Source: a virus
Lineage: Duplodnaviria > Caudoviricetes
Reading direction: 5' to 3' (one strand)
DNA length: 64,000 nucleotides
IMG/VR virus record: IMGVR_UViG_3300050151_000071
Location: 1 to 64,000 of that record
Below the pieces are notes generated by a model. That model was not told the DNA's origin, made no database searches, and saw only the letters and a program-made list of their open reading frames with translations. The position numbers were made by a program, and so were the translations under genes. This document shows positions 7,292 through 15,214 of this stretch, in pieces. How positions within the stretch are numbered: the first letter of the stretch is position 1; every line of letters begins with the position of its first letter.

Positions 7292-7759
7292 TTAATCTCT
7301 ACCATACACGTGACTATTGTCGGTATCGTCTTGAGATTCATCATCCACAGCTTGCTCGTGACGCTTCACAGACGCAGCTTTATGCTTAGCAAAGTCTTTA
7401 CCATGATCATAGAGTGAATCTGTTTCAGATACCTTTCTGCTTAGCTTCATAGCTTCGTTGTGGTGCTCTGTAGCTCTTGCGTAGCTCTCATCGGCTCCAT
7501 CATAGTGTTTGTTATTTTCTTGGTTATGGCCCACATCATTATGATAGTGATACTGATCAAGGTGATATCGAATTTCACTATGTTCTGGAGATTCGTTACG
7601 ACGGCGGGCAGCGGCTTCGCTTCTGTCAGCTGGGGGCGCGTTGGGGCCTTCTGCTGAGTAATGCTTTTCACCGAATGCTTCACCAGAATTGTATGTTTCG
7701 CTGATTGTTTTACCAATAGCTGCAAACAAGCCTTTGTTATTGCCGATGTTATTAATCAT
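7292..7759 (-). CDS. leader-family protein 6
   Basis: MINNIGNNKGLFAAIGKTISE leader. Confidence 0.8.
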   Translation of the reverse strand: MINNIGNNKGLFAAIGKTISETYNSGEAFGEKHYSAEGPNAPPADRSEAAARRRNESPEHSEIRYHLDQYHYHNDVGHNQENNKHYDGADESYARATEHHNEAMKLSRKVSETDSLYDHGKDFAKHKAASVKRHEQAVDDESQDDTDNSHVYGRD

Positions 7760-8130
7760 TAGTAACTCTTCGCTTGGTTAATATACTCTTGAATATGAGC
7801 GTGAATCTGCTCTCTGGATGACTTCACCATTCCCTTAAAATCGCGGTCGTGGTTATACGTTGGATTTGCAGCTTCATGAGCTTTACTATGTTCTTGAGCT
7901 TTTCTCAAGTGGTGTAAGGCTGTGTCATTTGCTAGATCAGCGGCGACTTCGTTTTTAGCTGCTTGATGGCCAACCATGTCCATTGTATGAATGTGGTAGT
8001 TGTGCAATGCGGTATTCATTAGCTCATGGGCTAATCCCAAGCTTTCAGATACTACTTCAATTGTCTCGGTAACTAAAGTTTTACCAATAGCTGCAAACAA
8101 GCCTTTGTTATTGCCGATGTTATTAATCAT
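7759..8130 (-). CDS. leader-family protein 5
   Basis: MINNIGNNKGLFAAIGKTLVTE leader; TAATG coupling. Confidence 0.8.
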   Translation of the reverse strand: MINNIGNNKGLFAAIGKTLVTETIEVVSESLGLAHELMNTALHNYHIHTMDMVGHQAAKNEVAADLANDTALHHLRKAQEHSKAHEAANPTYNHDRDFKGMVKSSREQIHAHIQEYINQAKSY

Positions 8131-8735
8131 TACCAGCGCTCCTGCTTCATGTGATCTTCTAGTTCCGACTTAAAGACACTATGTGAATGCTCATCAAATG
8201 CTTTACGGTCGGCAAATTCGTGATCCGGATTTTGCTTCGCGAAGGTAGCATGTGCTGTGTCTAAATGTGAGCTCAATTTAGCTACATGGTCCTTCATTTG
8301 CTTACCCAAGCTATACGAATGTAGTGGTGCAGCATCATTGATTGCACTAGCATGCTTCCATTGGTGAACACTGTGCGCTAAGTCCAACAGAGAATCTGTT
8401 GTGGGGTGAGCTACTGTATCTTTATGAGGATTACGGTTATAATGATCAGCAGCAGCTAGAGCAGCTCCACCACTAACAGCAACGTTACGTGCAACTACAC
8501 GACCACTTTCACGATGCTTAACGTTGTAATAACCATGCTCAGAATCATAGTCAGCATGATAAGGAGCAGCAGACCTTGCAGCAGCTTCGCTCTTATCTGC
8601 CGGAGGCGGAATACCAGCCGCTGAATCATCATGGCTGTAGTGTGAGCCGAATGCTTCGCCAGATTTATAGGTTTCGGTTAGAGTCTTACCAATGGCTCCG
8701 AAGAGACCTTTGTTATTGCCGATGTTATCGATCAT
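8130..8735 (-). CDS. leader-family protein 4
   Basis: MIDNIGNNKGLFGAIGKTLTE leader. Confidence 0.8.
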   Translation of the reverse strand: MIDNIGNNKGLFGAIGKTLTETYKSGEAFGSHYSHDDSAAGIPPPADKSEAAARSAAPYHADYDSEHGYYNVKHRESGRVVARNVAVSGGAALAAADHYNRNPHKDTVAHPTTDSLLDLAHSVHQWKHASAINDAAPLHSYSLGKQMKDHVAKLSSHLDTAHATFAKQNPDHEFADRKAFDEHSHSVFKSELEDHMKQERW

Positions 8736-9543
8736 TGTAATGTTCCTTAGGATCTACGTGGCTAATCTTCCAGCCGTCTACAGCATGATCTTCAAGCTTA
8801 CCTTCATGGGGACTTCTCCAACCATGACCTGCAACTGTGCCTGCTAGTTGAGTCTTACCATCTCTTTTGAATTCATGTACAGACGCTGTACAGCAAGGGG
8901 AAATAGCAATACGTCCCGTAGCTTCATGAGCTTCGAACGGTGCTTCTTTTGTCCGATAGAAGTGAGGATCGTTTACACTAGTCTTCAGATCGTTACCACG
9001 ATCTATACGTTGACCATTGTTATATTGATGTGCATCTTGCAAAGCACCCCAACGTTCTCGGGTTCCCATTGACATGACGCGACCAGAAGAATGAACAACG
9101 TGATGATAGCCAGATTTGTGATCTGTCTGAACGTCATAGTGTTTGCCACCATTTTGAGCAGGGTCAAATGGTTTTGGTTCAAACTGTTCTACAATAGGGG
9201 AGATTGTCTTATTAATTGCAGTAAATAACCCTCTATCACGCTTAGATTCATTTACTGGTTTTTTAACCCTTAGACCTGGACCATTCTCAGTATATGCCTT
9301 CGCAGTATCGTGAGCATCTTCTGCATCATCGGTATGGTAATCAGCTTTTGTTTGATGCTCACCTTTTTCGTTGTAGAACTTCACACGATGTTCGCCCCAT
9401 TCGGTGTCTTTGTAGACCTTTGCTGAGCGACCACTTTCGTGGGTATGCGTTTTTAAGAGACGCAGAGAAGAACGTTCTTCGGTGAGTGTTTTTGTAATAG
9501 CAGCCAACAGGCTCGCATCGAATTCAGGAATGTTGCTTTTCAT
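8725..9543 (-). CDS. leader-family protein with two leader-like segments
   Basis: Start reassigned to 9543 (TAATG overlap); SLLAAITKTLTEE at the N-terminus and internal RGLFTAINKTISPIVE. Confidence 0.75.
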   Translation of the reverse strand: MKSNIPEFDASLLAAITKTLTEERSSLRLLKTHTHESGRSAKVYKDTEWGEHRVKFYNEKGEHQTKADYHTDDAEDAHDTAKAYTENGPGLRVKKPVNESKRDRGLFTAINKTISPIVEQFEPKPFDPAQNGGKHYDVQTDHKSGYHHVVHSSGRVMSMGTRERWGALQDAHQYNNGQRIDRGNDLKTSVNDPHFYRTKEAPFEAHEATGRIAISPCCTASVHEFKRDGKTQLAGTVAGHGWRSPHEGKLEDHAVDGWKISHVDPKEHYNDR

Positions 9544-9956
9544 TAGTTGAAGCTCTTTGTCTGATAACGCTTGTGCCAATCTTCAAGATCATTGTGGTGG
9601 CCATCATCAGCAATATCAGCATGCGATTCGAGGCCGTAGTTACACTTTCCACTAGCTACGATTTCGGCAGCTTGTTTCATGTGGTGTTCTTTTGCTTTGG
9701 TCAATGCATCAACTATAGCACTATGGTGTTCATCAGCTGTTCCTGTATTGTCAATAAGCGACAAAGCGGCATGATACCCCTTAGCACTATGTAAATGTCC
9801 AACGACATTCATATCATGATCATTTGGATCAAGGTCTTCTGGGTGTGAGGTTGCATCTGATTCAGATACTACCTTCACCTCAAGCTTTGCCGTAGGAGTT
9901 AGAGTCTTATTGATGGCCCCAAAGAGACCTTTATTATTACCAATGCTGTCGATCAT
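9543..9956 (-). CDS. leader-family protein 1
   Basis: MIDSIGNNKGLFGAINKTLT leader; first gene after the ATAAATA late-like element at 9995-9989. Confidence 0.8.
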   Translation of the reverse strand: MIDSIGNNKGLFGAINKTLTPTAKLEVKVVSESDATSHPEDLDPNDHDMNVVGHLHSAKGYHAALSLIDNTGTADEHHSAIVDALTKAKEHHMKQAAEIVASGKCNYGLESHADIADDGHHNDLEDWHKRYQTKSFN

Positions 9957-10007
9957 GTTAGTCCCTTATCGAAGGTTGCTTTATACCTTATTTATCAATA
10001 AGGAAGT

Positions 10008-10082
10008 TGGTAGTCCCTAGTGGGCTCGAACCACTGTCCTCTTCCGTGTCGAGGAAGCGCTCTACCGCTGAGCTAAGGGACT
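10008..10082 (-). tRNA. trnV: tRNA-Val(GAC)
   Basis: AGTCCCT/AGGGACT acceptor, CTTCC-TC GAC AC-GGAAG arm (C33), ACCA end. Confidence 0.9.
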
Positions 10083-10166
10083 CTGTTGTATTATGTATCC
10101 GGAAACAGCAAAACTGCGAGAACGAATCCTCGCAGTTTTCCTTTATTCTTATCCGAAGATCAACGG

Positions 10167-10718
10167 TTAGATGATATCTTCAACACGAATCGAGATCGGT
10201 TGATACACAACCTTCTTCGGGCCCAGAATCAAGAAGGCATTGGTAGGAGACTTACGAGCCAGCTCGGTTGCGTGAGCTTCTGCGTCAGCCAGAGTTTCCT
10301 TAGCTCCAACAAAACTACCATGAGTCTTGTTCCAAACGACGAAGATGTTCTTATCTTTTAGATCGGACATTTTAATAGTTCCTTGTTCATAATCTGCGAG
10401 GTTACCAGGATCTTGCCCAGCGGCTAATAAGCCAACGATAGTGTTGTATTGTACGCCCGTTAACAAGTGTACCTCAAGGTTCTTGTAGTATTGAGTGTAC
10501 TGATATTCGCTTTTAAAATCCTTCTTGCGGAACTCAACGTTGTCCGGAGAAGGTTCATTGTTGCTGAAACGAACAGCAACAAATTGTCGAGCCTTAACAT
10601 CAGAAGTATGACGTCGATAGGCATCAACATAACTTTGACCAGTAATCAGAAAGGCAACTTTATAGGTTGTAGTTTTTAGCGTATTCACAGTACGCCAGAT
10701 ACCTTCACGGTACTTCAT
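10167..10718 (-). CDS. hypothetical protein
   Basis: 183-aa ORF with AAAGGA RBS. Confidence 0.75.
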   Translation of the reverse strand: MKYREGIWRTVNTLKTTTYKVAFLITGQSYVDAYRRHTSDVKARQFVAVRFSNNEPSPDNVEFRKKDFKSEYQYTQYYKNLEVHLLTGVQYNTIVGLLAAGQDPGNLADYEQGTIKMSDLKDKNIFVVWNKTHGSFVGAKETLADAEAHATELARKSPTNAFLILGPKKVVYQPISIRVEDII

Positions 10719-10735
10719 AATATATCCTTTAAGAT

Positions 10736-10800
10736 TGGTAGGGGTTCCTGACTTGAACAGGATCTAGTGTCGACTAACTAGATGTATTCCATTACCCCCA
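10736..10800 (-). ncRNA. 65-nt D-armless tRNA-like RNA
   Basis: TGGGGGT/ACCCCTA+CCA, T-arm TCCTG-TTCAAGT-CAGGA, one TCTAGT/ACTAGA hairpin with an 8-nt loop, no D-stem. Confidence 0.6.
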
Positions 10801-10812
10801 TCAGGGAAAGAA

Positions 10813-10897
10813 TGGTGAGCGCCGTCGGATTCGAACCGACTCACCCGCAGGATCAGATTTACAGTCTGACGTGCCTCTCCAACTGCACCGCGCGCTC
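10813..10897 (-). tRNA. trnY: tRNA-Tyr(GUA)
   Basis: TCAGA-CT GTA AA-TCTGA arm, long variable arm, ACCA end. Confidence 0.93.
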
Positions 10898-10912
10898 ATT
10901 TGTAGAATATAT

Positions 10913-11128
10913 TTATGGTATGATAATAGATTTATTACCCACCAAGCGCGGTATTCCATCCGCACATTCAGATAATTGTTTTCTCAATTGTTCACGGTCT
11001 TGGCGTTGTTCAGAAGTAACAAAACCACCAGCTCTTGCGATATCCTGATTGAGGATCTGCAATTGTAGATTTGCATCTTCCAGACTTCTTAGAGAGTCTG
11101 TCAACGAGAATTTTGCTTCTTCTGTCAT
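10913..11128 (-). CDS. hypothetical coiled-coil protein
   Basis: 71-aa ORF with ATGA overlap. Confidence 0.65.
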   Translation of the reverse strand: MTEEAKFSLTDSLRSLEDANLQLQILNQDIARAGGFVTSEQRQDREQLRKQLSECADGIPRLVGNKSIIIP

Positions 11129-11310
11129 TTAAGTATGCTTAGGTGATCGATAAAGAAACAATCGTGTATTGGTGGTACTACTCTAGAGTAAGTACCTTTG
11201 AGAGGAGGAAGCTGAGTTGCCGTATGAACAACGATGTTGTACTTCATTGCAATACGTCGTAGTTCTTTAACAACTTCCGAAAGTTCGGAATACTTAGTCT
11301 CCGCCGCCAC
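11125..11310 (-). CDS. short ORF resembling a DnaB/gp41 helicase fragment (start uncertain)
   Basis: VVKELRRIAMKYNIVVHTATQL followed by FFIDHLSIL. Confidence 0.4.
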   Translation of the reverse strand: MAAETKYSELSEVVKELRRIAMKYNIVVHTATQLPPLKGTYSRVVPPIHDCFFIDHLSILK

Positions 11311-11752
11311 AGCTTCCACCGCCAGAATCTGAAGAAGAGCTGCTGGAATCCGACGAGCAACTGCTAGAGTAGCTTGAAGTCGAACTAGAGTCGTTGCTGC
11401 TATAGTCATAAGCAGGAGTGTAATCATACACTGGAGATGAAGAACGACTTGAGTATGAGTCGGATGAATCAGTAGTGCGCTTAGCTGGAGTCGAACGAGC
11501 GGGAGACTTCTTTGCTGTAGACACTGTTGAAGCTTTCCTAGTCGCAGGCTTAGCCTCTTGTACGGTTGAAGTTGCTACTCGCGGTGTTTGACGTACCGGA
11601 ACTTCTTTAATGGAAAATCCAGTCGGGATTTCACCAGATGTGAATTGTAACGGCTTCTGGTCGAGTTTAGCATTTTCACCATCTCGAGCAACTACAAATG
11701 CGATGGCTATGATAATAACGGCAACAATGCCGACAAATGTCCAAAAGAACAA
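11294..11752 (-). CDS. membrane-anchored Ser-rich low-complexity protein
   Basis: N-terminal TM helix; C-terminal SSSSDSGGGSCGGGD. Confidence 0.75.
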   Translation of the reverse strand: MFFWTFVGIVAVIIIAIAFVVARDGENAKLDQKPLQFTSGEIPTGFSIKEVPVRQTPRVATSTVQEAKPATRKASTVSTAKKSPARSTPAKRTTDSSDSYSSRSSSPVYDYTPAYDYSSNDSSSTSSYSSSCSSDSSSSSSDSGGGSCGGGD

Positions 11753-11786
11753 AATGTTTTCCTATTGATTAAAACGTAGGATTAAT

Positions 11787-11871
11787 TGGTGCGGGTGAGA
11801 GGACTCGAACCTCCACGCCTCTCGGCGCTAGAACCTAAATCTAGTGCGTCTACCAGTTCCGCCACACCCGC
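11787..11871 (-). tRNA. trnL: tRNA-Leu(UAG)
   Basis: GCGGGTG acceptor, CTAGA-TT TAG GT-TCTAG arm, long variable arm, ACCA end. Confidence 0.96.
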
Positions 11872-11893
11872 ACGGTGTGTCCATTATATATGT

Positions 11894-12265
11894 CTATCGA
11901 CGCGAAGAACTGGACGAGCGATAGCTGCTCGAAGATCTAAACGAAGAAGATGAACTCGGCTTGTAAGTCGAGGGCTTGTAGCTGGACGTAGAAGGCTTCG
12001 ACAGATTGAACGAAGACGTCTGACGAGGAGCTGGTTTCGGTGCAGCCTGAACGATCACCGTACGCTTGTGAATCACAGTCGTCGGTTGAACCTGGGGTTG
12101 CACATAGTTCGGACTACCATAACCATATGGAGAGTACGGATAGGGAGGACCAAGACCAACTGGACGAGGCGCCGGAGCGGTATAAACCACCGTCTGAGGC
12201 CTGGGTTGTTCGCAGCCGGCGAGCATCACTGCAACAGCAACGGCTCCTAGAGCAATATACTTCAT
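11894..12265 (-). CDS. putative lipoprotein with Ser/Arg-rich tail
   Basis: Start reassigned to MKYIALGAVAVAVMLAGC (lipobox LAGC); AAAGGA RBS. Confidence 0.75.
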   Translation of the reverse strand: MKYIALGAVAVAVMLAGCEQPRPQTVVYTAPAPRPVGLGPPYPYSPYGYGSPNYVQPQVQPTTVIHKRTVIVQAAPKPAPRQTSSFNLSKPSTSSYKPSTYKPSSSSSFRSSSSYRSSSSSRR

Positions 12266-12288
12266 GGTATTTCCTTTGTAAACCATTT

Positions 12289-12365
12289 TGGTGCCTCCAG
12301 TAGGACTTTCACCTACATCTCCCTCTGTCGCTAGGGCAGTACTACTTCCCATGTGTCCGAGGTTT
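12289..12365 (-). ncRNA. degenerate tRNA-like element
   Basis: T-arm GTAGG-TGAAAGT-CCTAC, TGGAGGC+ACCA 3' end, CCCT/AGGG arm with an 8-nt loop, imperfect acceptor. Confidence 0.45.
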
Positions 12366-12419
12366 TTATATTAACCCCGCTAAGGGCTTTTTAAACTACA
12401 GAGGCAAACATATATTAGA

Positions 12420-12824
12420 TCAAGTCGAAGAAAAGATCAACGATCTTTTTTGTGGAATGTTGAACTTAAAGGCAGGATGGTTGTACATTCCACCGTATCC
12501 TCGGCTACCCTGAAGGTCATTCATGTTACTCCACACTCGACTATAAGCACTCTTCCGGTCCCTCTCGGACACTTCATCCTTAAAGTTACCGTATTGAATG
12601 CTCTCAGCTTGTCCAGCAATTGCTTTGACAACAACGTTGCGAGGAATCAGCGCCCTGAAAGCGTAATCTCTTTGGGGCGTAAAGGAGACTGAGGCATCCG
12701 GAAACACCTTCTCAATATCTCCTTTTACACGGCCCCGGACCATCAACAGGTCATCTTTAGCGGCCGATGTATTGGGAGTTGGTGCTACAATACTCAGGAA
12801 CGAGTTGGGTAGAAAGATCCACAT
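12420..12824 (-). CDS. hypothetical protein
   Basis: 134-aa ORF, packed with neighbours. Confidence 0.75.
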   Translation of the reverse strand: MWIFLPNSFLSIVAPTPNTSAAKDDLLMVRGRVKGDIEKVFPDASVSFTPQRDYAFRALIPRNVVVKAIAGQAESIQYGNFKDEVSERDRKSAYSRVWSNMNDLQGSRGYGGMYNHPAFKFNIPQKRSLIFSST

Positions 12825-13085
12825 TTACTCTATAAGCCTCTCTACTTCTTTACGTCGTTCTTGGTCTTGTATGAACAACTCTCCGACTGCTGTAGCAGCC
12901 TTCTTTGTTGGGTGGTTGCTTCGTGCTGTGAAACCCTGAACTCGCCAGGGCTTCTTATCATTGAAGGGATCTTTCCACACTTCTCCCAGCTTTCTGGGAG
13001 TTGCGTCATCTTCCTCTCGCCAACGACGTTCGAAGCTATTCAACGTCGTTGATTGATATCTTGGTAGCGATACCACTCCATCCAC
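12825..13085 (-). CDS. hypothetical protein (true start probably near 13040)
   Basis: ORF abuts the downstream gene. Confidence 0.55.
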   Translation of the reverse strand: MDGVVSLPRYQSTTLNSFERRWREEDDATPRKLGEVWKDPFNDKKPWRVQGFTARSNHPTKKAATAVGELFIQDQERRKEVERLIE

Positions 13086-13281
13086 CTGGATTGGATTCGC
13101 ATTGGCTAGCCAAATCAGGATCCCAGAGATTTACGTAAGCAATATAGTTGTTGCCAAACGCAACAATTCTGGCCCGGAGCATACCCTTGTATGTTACAGT
13201 TTCGCCAATCGAATAGCCATAAGCTGATTCGACGCCATCGTAGTCTTGGGACTCATCGTCATCGTCAATTTGACTCATCAT
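13036..13281 (-). CDS. hypothetical protein
   Basis: GGAG RBS; follows an early promoter; ends in TAG. Confidence 0.7.
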   Translation of the reverse strand: MMSQIDDDDESQDYDGVESAYGYSIGETVTYKGMLRARIVAFGNNYIAYVNLWDPDLASQCESNPGGWSGIATKISINDVE

Positions 13282-13305
13282 ACTCTTACTCCATTCACAA
13301 AGTGT

Positions 13306-13334
13306 ATAATAGAAGAATTTTAGATGGAAATCAA
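13306..13334 (-). promoter_or_regulatory. early promoter
   Basis: TTGATT-N17-TATTAT. Confidence 0.6.
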
Positions 13335-13341
13335 CAGTTTT

Positions 13342-14217
13342 TTACGAGACGAACATTCCACACGAGGCTTTAACATCGAAGCCTACTCGGGGTACAATTC
13401 GGCTATTTGGGTTCTGAAAGGCTTTGTTCAAGTAGTCAAACGCTTCTTGAAGTACTTCTTCAGATGGTTCACAACCTTGAGCTGGAGAATATGGATTATA
13501 CCGTACTAGATTGAACTTAACGTTAAGTCCTCGACTAGTAACAGCATCCACGATTTCATCGAGTGTACCAAAATCATCATTCTGGTCTTCTATGAACGAC
13601 CAGTGTAGTGCAATCTCATTACCAGTTATTACTTGATATTCAGCTAGCTTATCCAAAGCTTTTGCAGGATCCATTGCCTTAGGTAGCCAACGCTTTCTGA
13701 ACTCTGGATCCAGACTGTACAAGCTGTAATACAGTTGTGTGTCTTTTTCGTGCCCAATGATTTTATGAAGCTTTCTGTGCTCCATCTCGTGTGGCATAAT
13801 AGTGCTGATATTGAACTTCTGCTCATGCACACCATATATTATGGCTATGTTACGGAGATAACTCTTTAGAGAGAACCAAGGGCGAGTCTTGTATATCACT
13901 TCGTTCGCTAGCGGTTCGCCGCGAGCCATGAAGTTAAAGTTAACTCGTTTAGCAGGGTTACCCAGCTGATGGTAATGTTTAAACACCAGATTAGCTTGTT
14001 CAGCGTATTCATCGATGGATGCTGGCTTCATGGTTGTTTGCTTGGTCTGTGTTAAGTGACAGAATCTACAAGCCTTATTACAACCGGTGTGACTACTCAG
14101 ATAGCAAATGAAGTAGTCTTCTTCCCTGCGAACGTATCTCGATTCAAATGCACCACCATCTGGTGTACGTTTGACAAAGTTTACGCTCGCGTCTTCTTTA
14201 GAATATAATGTTTCCAT
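13342..14217 (-). CDS. RlmN/Cfr-like radical SAM RNA methyltransferase
   Basis: SSHTGCNKACRFC (CxxxCxxC), FMARGEPLAN, SLYS and C-terminal ASCG. Confidence 0.85.
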   Translation of the reverse strand: METLYSKEDASVNFVKRTPDGGAFESRYVRREEDYFICYLSSHTGCNKACRFCHLTQTKQTTMKPASIDEYAEQANLVFKHYHQLGNPAKRVNFNFMARGEPLANEVIYKTRPWFSLKSYLRNIAIIYGVHEQKFNISTIMPHEMEHRKLHKIIGHEKDTQLYYSLYSLDPEFRKRWLPKAMDPAKALDKLAEYQVITGNEIALHWSFIEDQNDDFGTLDEIVDAVTSRGLNVKFNLVRYNPYSPAQGCEPSEEVLQEAFDYLNKAFQNPNSRIVPRVGFDVKASCGMFVS

Positions 14218-14227
14218 AACGAAACCT

Positions 14228-14264
14228 AAAAAGAAAAAGAGGGTTAGGTAAACCTAAACCCTCT
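14228..14264 (-). terminator. intrinsic terminator
   Basis: AGAGGGTT(T)AGGT/ACCT-AACCCTCT stem followed by TTTTCTTTTT. Confidence 0.75.
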
Positions 14265-14267
14265 TAA

Positions 14268-14336
14268 TTAAGCACGCTGCGGAATTAGCGTGCAGAACAA
14301 AGCTGCGAAATACGCAACCACTGCTGCAATAAGCAT
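14268..14336 (-). CDS. 22-aa hydrophobic peptide MLIAAVVAYFAALFCTLIPQRA
   Basis: AAGGAGG RBS, own promoter and terminator; below the ORF-track cutoff. Confidence 0.7.
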   Translation of the reverse strand: MLIAAVVAYFAALFCTLIPQRA

Positions 14337-14370
14337 TAATAGCCTCCTTTGCTTGATTAACAATGACGCT

Positions 14371-14399
14371 ATTATCTATCTTAATGGGCGTTAGATCAA
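14371..14399 (-). promoter_or_regulatory. early promoter overlapping a GGGCGTT/AACGCCC hairpin
   Basis: TTGATC-N17-GATAAT. Confidence 0.6.
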
Positions 14400-14444
14400 C
14401 GCCCCTACGGCAGAAAAATGCCGTGGCACGGCAGAAATTTCTTA

Positions 14445-14804
14445 TTACTTACTTGTAAACTTCTTCAAACCTTCATACAGAGCAGAGAGATTGAGTTGTC
14501 TCTTCTGGTACTCTGTATAGTTCCCGTAATATTCCCAACAACTATCGGTGCTGTAGCTGTACAAACCTTCACGTTGAAGTTTACGATATTCCATAAAGGT
14601 ACAATCAGGGTGTACAATTTCTAGGATTTGATCTAACGAGTCGTCTTCAGGTTCAGGTTCCGCTGAAACAGGTTGGTCAGCATTATTGCCCCAGCAATCT
14701 CCGCCTTCCATTCCACCTATACGCCAAGTGCGCTCAAGGTACACATCAAGCTTATTCACTAAATCTTCAAACTCTTCGTATGTATCAGGCAACTTCATTT
14801 GCAA
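14445..14804 (-). CDS. hypothetical acidic protein
   Basis: 119-aa ORF. Confidence 0.7.
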   Translation of the reverse strand: MQMKLPDTYEEFEDLVNKLDVYLERTWRIGGMEGGDCWGNNADQPVSAEPEPEDDSLDQILEIVHPDCTFMEYRKLQREGLYSYSTDSCWEYYGNYTEYQKRQLNLSALYEGLKKFTSK

Positions 14805-15021
14805 TATCCTGCAATAGTGCTGGGTTTAAATCATTGACTATAATGAGACGACTTGGGTATACTAATGGGACTTTAGATGTGCCCAAGTATACAGCACCAT
14901 TCTTAATTTCCCGTACCGCAATTAACTCAACAAAGCAAGACATGCCTGACTTGTAAGCTCTTGCTACAACTTGGCCAGGTTCAAGCTCACGCTGGTATTT
15001 GTCTACGGGAATCGTCGTCAT
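14785..15021 (-). CDS. hypothetical protein
   Basis: Start reassigned to MTTIPVDK, 1 nt after the upstream stop. Confidence 0.65.
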   Translation of the reverse strand: MTTIPVDKYQRELEPGQVVARAYKSGMSCFVELIAVREIKNGAVYLGTSKVPLVYPSRLIIVNDLNPALLQDIANEVA

Positions 15022-15022
15022 G

Positions 15023-15181
15023 TTAGCTAATGTATTGTGTAAAGATATATGCTGCAGCAACTACGATAGCTAGTACTTGGATCAAACGCTTTGGTACTTC
15101 AGGGAATGGTAGTAGATCACAAGCCCAGACGATCAGGGCGAGAACTACAAGGATTAAAACGACGGCAAAAATGGTAGTCAT
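15023..15181 (-). CDS. 52-aa two-TM membrane protein
   Basis: AAGGAG RBS; MTTIFAVVLILVVLALIVWACDLLPFPEVPKRLIQVLAIVVAAAYIFTQYIS; missing from the ORF track. Confidence 0.75.
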   Translation of the reverse strand: MTTIFAVVLILVVLALIVWACDLLPFPEVPKRLIQVLAIVVAAAYIFTQYIS

Positions 15182-15214
15182 TGACTACTCCTTAAAAATT
15201 GCATTTTATAATAA

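Noticed and set aside
7250-9960. Regularly recurring ~50-nt repeats that could suggest a CRISPR array
   Set aside because: The repeats are in-frame N-terminal coding leaders separated by 370-800 nt ORF bodies; spacing is irregular and no cas genes are present
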